Of a stretch of DNA of 64,000 nt, positions 59,901-64,000 are shown piece after piece. This DNA is from the human T2T-CHM13v2.0 reference genome, Homo sapiens. Location: NCBI GenBank assembly GCA_009914755.4, contig CP068257.2, forward strand, positions 15,456,001 through 15,520,000, given 5' to 3'. The notes beneath the pieces were generated by a model. That model saw nothing but the letters and a program-made list of their open reading frames with translations. It did not search any database and was not told where the DNA came from. Numbering within the stretch: the stretch's first letter is position 1; each line of letters starts with the position of its first letter. The translations under genes were made by a program, and so were the position numbers.

Positions 59901-62589
59901 TAAAGCAGGACTCTCTCACTTATTACATTTCAAAGAACAATAAACTGCTTATATAATTTTCTTCACACCATGTTGGAACTTATCCTTATGCCTTTGCTCA
60001 CACTGAGTTGGGCTTAAAATATTTCCTCCTCCTTTGTAAAGTCTTAGATATCCTTTCATTTATTCTTTAAGACTCATCTTTGTGTCACCTTCTAAGACAT
60101 CTTCTTTATTGCCCTACTAAAAACCACATATACCTACTCCCAGGCAAAATGATGCCCCTTTATAAAGATCTTTATTGCTGCACATATGGTATTACGGTAC
60201 AATTAACAGTTTATATGTCATTCTTCCTTACAAGACAGAATATTGTTTCAGGAAGGTTTTTTGTTTTTTAAGTGACAGCCTCTCTATGCACCTAGGCTGG
60301 ACTGCAGTGGTTACTCATGGGGACAATTATGGGACATTATATTCTTCACATCCTGAGCAAACTGATGCTCCTGCCTTGGCCTCTGGAGTAGCTAGAACTG
60401 CAGACATGGATCACCATGACTGGTTTCAGGTAGCTTTTGAGTGTAGAAGAATAACCCAATAGTTGCCTGATCTAGGCTGCCTTTTGGCCTATTCTTCATC
60501 AAGCTGTGGGTCAGAGTGGGCATGAGTCCTTGCTTAGATCTCTATGTGTATTACTTCTGGGGCACAGTTCTACTTATGGTGACGGAGGAACAATCAATAA
60601 ATCAACCTGCACTGCACAAGCACATTTTGTACAACTGCTTTCATCACATCTGCTAACATTGTTTTGGCAAAGCAAATCATATGAACAAACACAACATCAG
60701 GGTGCAGCCCCAGAGGAGGCTGTGAGTGCATATTATCATGACAAGGAAGTGAAGAGTTGTGACCAATAGGTCAAATACTATAGAATAACAACCAGTTCTC
60801 ATTTATCTTTATGTGTATATCCAGTGCCTGGGACTATACTTGACCATTGTGAGTCCTCAAGACATGTATGAAGAATGAATGCTCTGACACTGCTGATAGT
60901 GTTCCCACACTCATTCGTTCTGTGAGGCATACTCCAAACCACATCAAACTACCAAAGATTTGAAACACAGGATGTTGAACTCCCCAATTATATTTATCGA
61001 GACATTCAACAGCTTCCAAACAGAAATACAAAGATAGAGATTTTCATACAGTAAACTGTTAGGTTATAATTTGGGCAGAAGAACATAAAGTTGTAGCCTT
61101 AGACATGGAATTTATTCATTTCCGTTTGTGGTATATTGTTTTCCAAAATGCCTACAACGATATCTCCTTTCCCATGTGTGCCTTTGCAATAGGACCATGC
61201 CACCCATCCCAGCAAGGGGTACAGTCTGTTTCTACCTTCCTTCAATCTAGGATATCCTTGCGACTTGCTTGACCAGTAGAATGTGGTGGAAGTGACCCTA
61301 TGCAGTTATGGGTCTACGTCTTAAGAGGTCTTGCAATATTTTTCTAAGAGGTCTTGCAATATTTTTCTTAGTTTCTGCAGAATTTTATCTTTTACATAAA
61401 GAAACACAGGCAAGACAACTGAATAATGAGCAACCATGTGAAGAGAGCCAAGACACATGGAGGAGGACCAAAAGACCCTACCAGCATTCACCACCAGTAG
61501 ACCATCTTGGATCCCTTGGCCCCAGTTGAACTTTTTCAGCCAATACCAGGTGAAACAGAGACAAGCCGTCCCCTCTGAGCACTGCCTGAATTCCTCACCC
61601 ACAGAATCATGAGTAATAAAACAGTTATTTTAAGTTTCTAAGTTTTGGAGTGGTTTATAATACAGCAATAGGTAACTAAAAGAGCTCAAAACTACTCCTA
61701 AAAGAACAGAGAAAATTGATACTGAGAACTCTGACATAAACCAGCTGGAATCATTTTAAAAATAACTGTTACAGAATTGCCACATCTGAAATAATGAACA
61801 TTTTGAATTGATTCCTAAAAAAATAAGCACAGAAAATTTCAGACTAAAAGATAGCCAACCTCCAAGTATTTCTTGTCTAAACATGAATATATGGATATAA
61901 ATATTGTTCACTTAGACTTTTTTAGAAAAATCATCAAAATGTCAAAGCATTTTAAACATTAATAAATATGATATAAATAATATATTTAAGTATATTATAA
62001 TTTAAAGTGTTTTCACTTTTGTATAATCTTTGTTCCATTAAAAAAAACCTTCAATTTCTATAAACATTTAAACTCATATAAAAATAGTTATTAGTAAGTA
62101 AGTCAACTAGGAGATGGATTCCCAGCAAAATTCAACTAGCTATTTCTGGGACAGTCCACTGATAATATGAACTTAAGATCAACTGATCTTCTGAAAGGTA
62201 CAATTTCAAATCAAGCAGAAGAGGTAACAGTTTTTAGGAATTCTTTTTTTTCCAATTTAGTGAGATAAAAATGCGCTCATTTAGATGCCAAAATCATTTA
62301 AAGCTTGTGTAATGAATGTAAAAATAAATACACTCTAAGACTGAATTCAATTCCACCTGAATATATTACAGGGAGAATATGTCACATCCAATATTGAGGG
62401 AAACACGAAGCTTCTTAGGAAATGTAAATATTTCTACTTTAGCAAGTCTAATCTCATTCATCATCATCAGTGTGTCCCCTCCACCCCAACCAAAAAAGAA
62501 GAAGAAGAAGAAATAGTTTGGAAAGAGTCCAAAGATCATTAAAAGTGAACCAAAAAAAATCCTATTAATTTTGCATTTTGGAAAAAGGA

Positions 62590-64000
62590 GGGAAGAGCCA
62601 AGATGGCCGAATAGGAACAGCTCCGGTCTACAGTTCTCAGTGTGAGCGACGCAGAAGACGGGTGATTTCTGCATTTCCATCTGAGCTTTGAAGAGAGCAG
62701 TGGTTCTCCCAGCACGCAGCTGGAGATCTGAGAACGGGCAGACTGCCTCCTCAAGTGGGTCCCTGACCCCTGACCCCCGAGCAGCCTAACTGGGAGGCAC
62801 CCCCCAGTAGGGGCAGACTGACACCTCACACGGCCGGGTACTCCAACAGACCTGCAGCTGAGGGTCCTGTCTGTTAGAAGGAAAACTAACAAACAGAAAG
62901 GACATCCACACCAAAAACCCATCTGTATATCACCATCATCAAAGACCAAAAGTAGATAAAACCACCAAGATGGGGAAAAAACAAAGCAGAAAAACTGGAA
63001 ACTTTAAAAAGCAGAGCGCCTCTCCTCCTCCAAAGGAACACAGCTCCTCACCAGCAACGGAACAAAGCTGGATGGAGAATGACTTTGACGAGCTGAGAGA
63101 AGAAGACTTCAGACGATCAAATTACTCCGAGCTATGGGAGGACATTCAAACCAAAGGCAAAGAAGTTGAAAACTTTGAAAAAAATTTAGAAGAATGTATA
63201 ACTAGAATAACCAATACAGAGAAGTGCTTAAAGGAGCTGATGGAGCTGAAAACCAAGGCTCGAGAACTACGTGAAGAATGCAGAAGCCTCAGGAGCTGAT
63301 GCAACCAACTGGAAGAAAGGGTATCAGCGGTGGAAGATGAAATGAATGAAATGAAGCGAGAAGGAAGTTTAGAGAAAAAAGAATAAAAAGAAATGAGCAA
63401 AGCCTCCAAGAAATATGGGACTATGTGAAAAGACCAAATCTACGTCTGATTGGTGTACCTGAAAGTGACGGGGAGAATGGAACCAAGTTGGAAAACACTC
63501 TGTAGGATATTATCCAGGAGAACTTCCCCAACCTATCAAGACAGGCCAACGTTCAGATTCAGGAAATACAGAGAACGCCACAAAGATATTCCTCAAGAAG
63601 AGCAACTCCAAGACACATAATTGTCAGATTCACCAAAGTTGAAATGAAGGAAAAAATGTTAAGGACAGCCAGAGAGAAAGGTCGGGTTACCCTCAAAGGA
63701 AAGCCCATCAGACTAACAGTGGATCTCTCGGCAGAAACCCTACAAGCCAGAAGAGAGTGGGGGCCAATATTCAACATTCTTAAAGGAAAGAATTTTCAAC
63801 CCAGAATTTCATATCCAGCCAAACTAAGCTTCATAAGTGAAGGAGAAATAAAATACTTTACAGATAAGCAAATGCTGAGAGATTTTCTCACCACCAGGCC
63901 TGCCCTAAAAGAGCTCCTGAAGGAAGAGCTAAACATGGAAAGGAACCACCGGTACCAGCCACTGCAAAAACATGCCAAACTGTAAATACCACCAATGCTA
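62590..64000 (+). mobile_element. 5' end of a younger LINE-1 (L1PA subfamily, not L1HS), running off the window. 5'UTR internally deleted and ORF1 inactivated
   Basis: GGAGGGAAGAGCCAAGATGGCCGAATAGGAACAGCTCCGGTCTACAGTTCTCAGTGTGAGCGACGCAGAAGACGGGTGATTTCTGCATTTCCATCTGAG | CTTTGAAGAGAGCAGTGGTTCTCCCAGCACGCAGCTGGAGATCTGAGAACGGGCAGACTGCCTCCTCAAGTGGGTCCCTGACCCCTGACCCCCGAGCAGCCTAACTGGGAGGCACCCCCCAG...ACCACCAAGATGGGGAAAAAACAAAGCAG is a near-exact match to the L1PA 5'UTR start and end. The middle, roughly 540 bp, is absent. Confidence 0.9.
62970..63985 (+). pseudogene. L1PA ORF1 (ORF1p), inactivated by a nonsense mutation and a 1-bp deletion
   Basis: MGKKQSRKTGNFKKQSASPPPKEHSSSPATEQSWMENDFDELREEDFRRSNYSELWEDIQTKGKEVENFEKNLEECITRITNTEKCLKELMELKTKARELREECRSLRS, then TGA (63297-63299) where L1 has CGA (Arg). 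Downstream GAAGGAAGTTT (63357-63370) shows a 1-bp loss relative to GAAGGGAAGTTT. The C-terminal half (MKEKMLRTAREKGRVTLKGKPIRLTVDLSAETLQARREWGPIFNILKGKNFQPRISYPAKLSFISEGEIKYFTDKQMLRDFLTTRPALKELLKEELNMERNHRYQPLQKHAKL) reads in another frame. Confidence 0.9.

Overview
This 64-kb window is primate, almost certainly human, genomic DNA. It is not prokaryotic sequence. It is AT-rich, CpG-depleted, and made up largely of interspersed repeats. I found no CRISPR array, operon, rRNA or tRNA gene, and no convincing host protein-coding exon or CpG-island promoter. Nearly every ORF of 60 aa or more in the supplied six-frame track translates to decayed LINE-1 ORF1p/ORF2p, to HERV-H gag/pro/pol remnants, or to repeat-induced low-complexity peptides. 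Working by eye against consensus sequences I know, I identified the following elements. (1) A full-length LINE-1 of an older L1P type at 3341-11995. A complete THE1/MST-class MaLR element (8071-10342, LTR-internal-LTR, 5-bp TSD) is nested in its ORF2. A 160-bp L1 3' fragment lies downstream. (2) Further upstream, a solo THE1/MST LTR at 1619-1969. (3) A HERV-H provirus at 20475-26790. It has LTR7 LTRs, a tRNA-His primer-binding site, a leader minisatellite and recognisable PR/RT/RNaseH/IN remnants. Its 3' LTR is truncated. (4) A second full-length L1 of an older L1M/L1P type at 30822-37343, carrying two Alu insertions. (5) A compound L1 cluster at 45660-56988. It consists of an old plus-strand L1, an abruptly inverted L1 ORF2 segment containing a solo THE1 LTR, and a head-to-head plus-strand L1 with a poly(A) tail, with Alu insertions. 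(6) The 5' end of a younger L1PA at 62590 to the window end. It has an internally deleted 5'UTR and an inactivated ORF1. (7) Eleven Alu copies, L1M/L2/MIR-like relics, and microsatellites. The Alus include one with an internal (GGAA)n expansion and one with a large internal deletion. I do not see a novel biological system here. The features worth a second look are structural: nested and inverted transposable-element junctions, altered elements, and the HERV-H/LTR7 unit. All subfamily names are from memory of consensus sequences and should be confirmed with RepeatMasker/Dfam. Coordinates are accurate to within a few bases.
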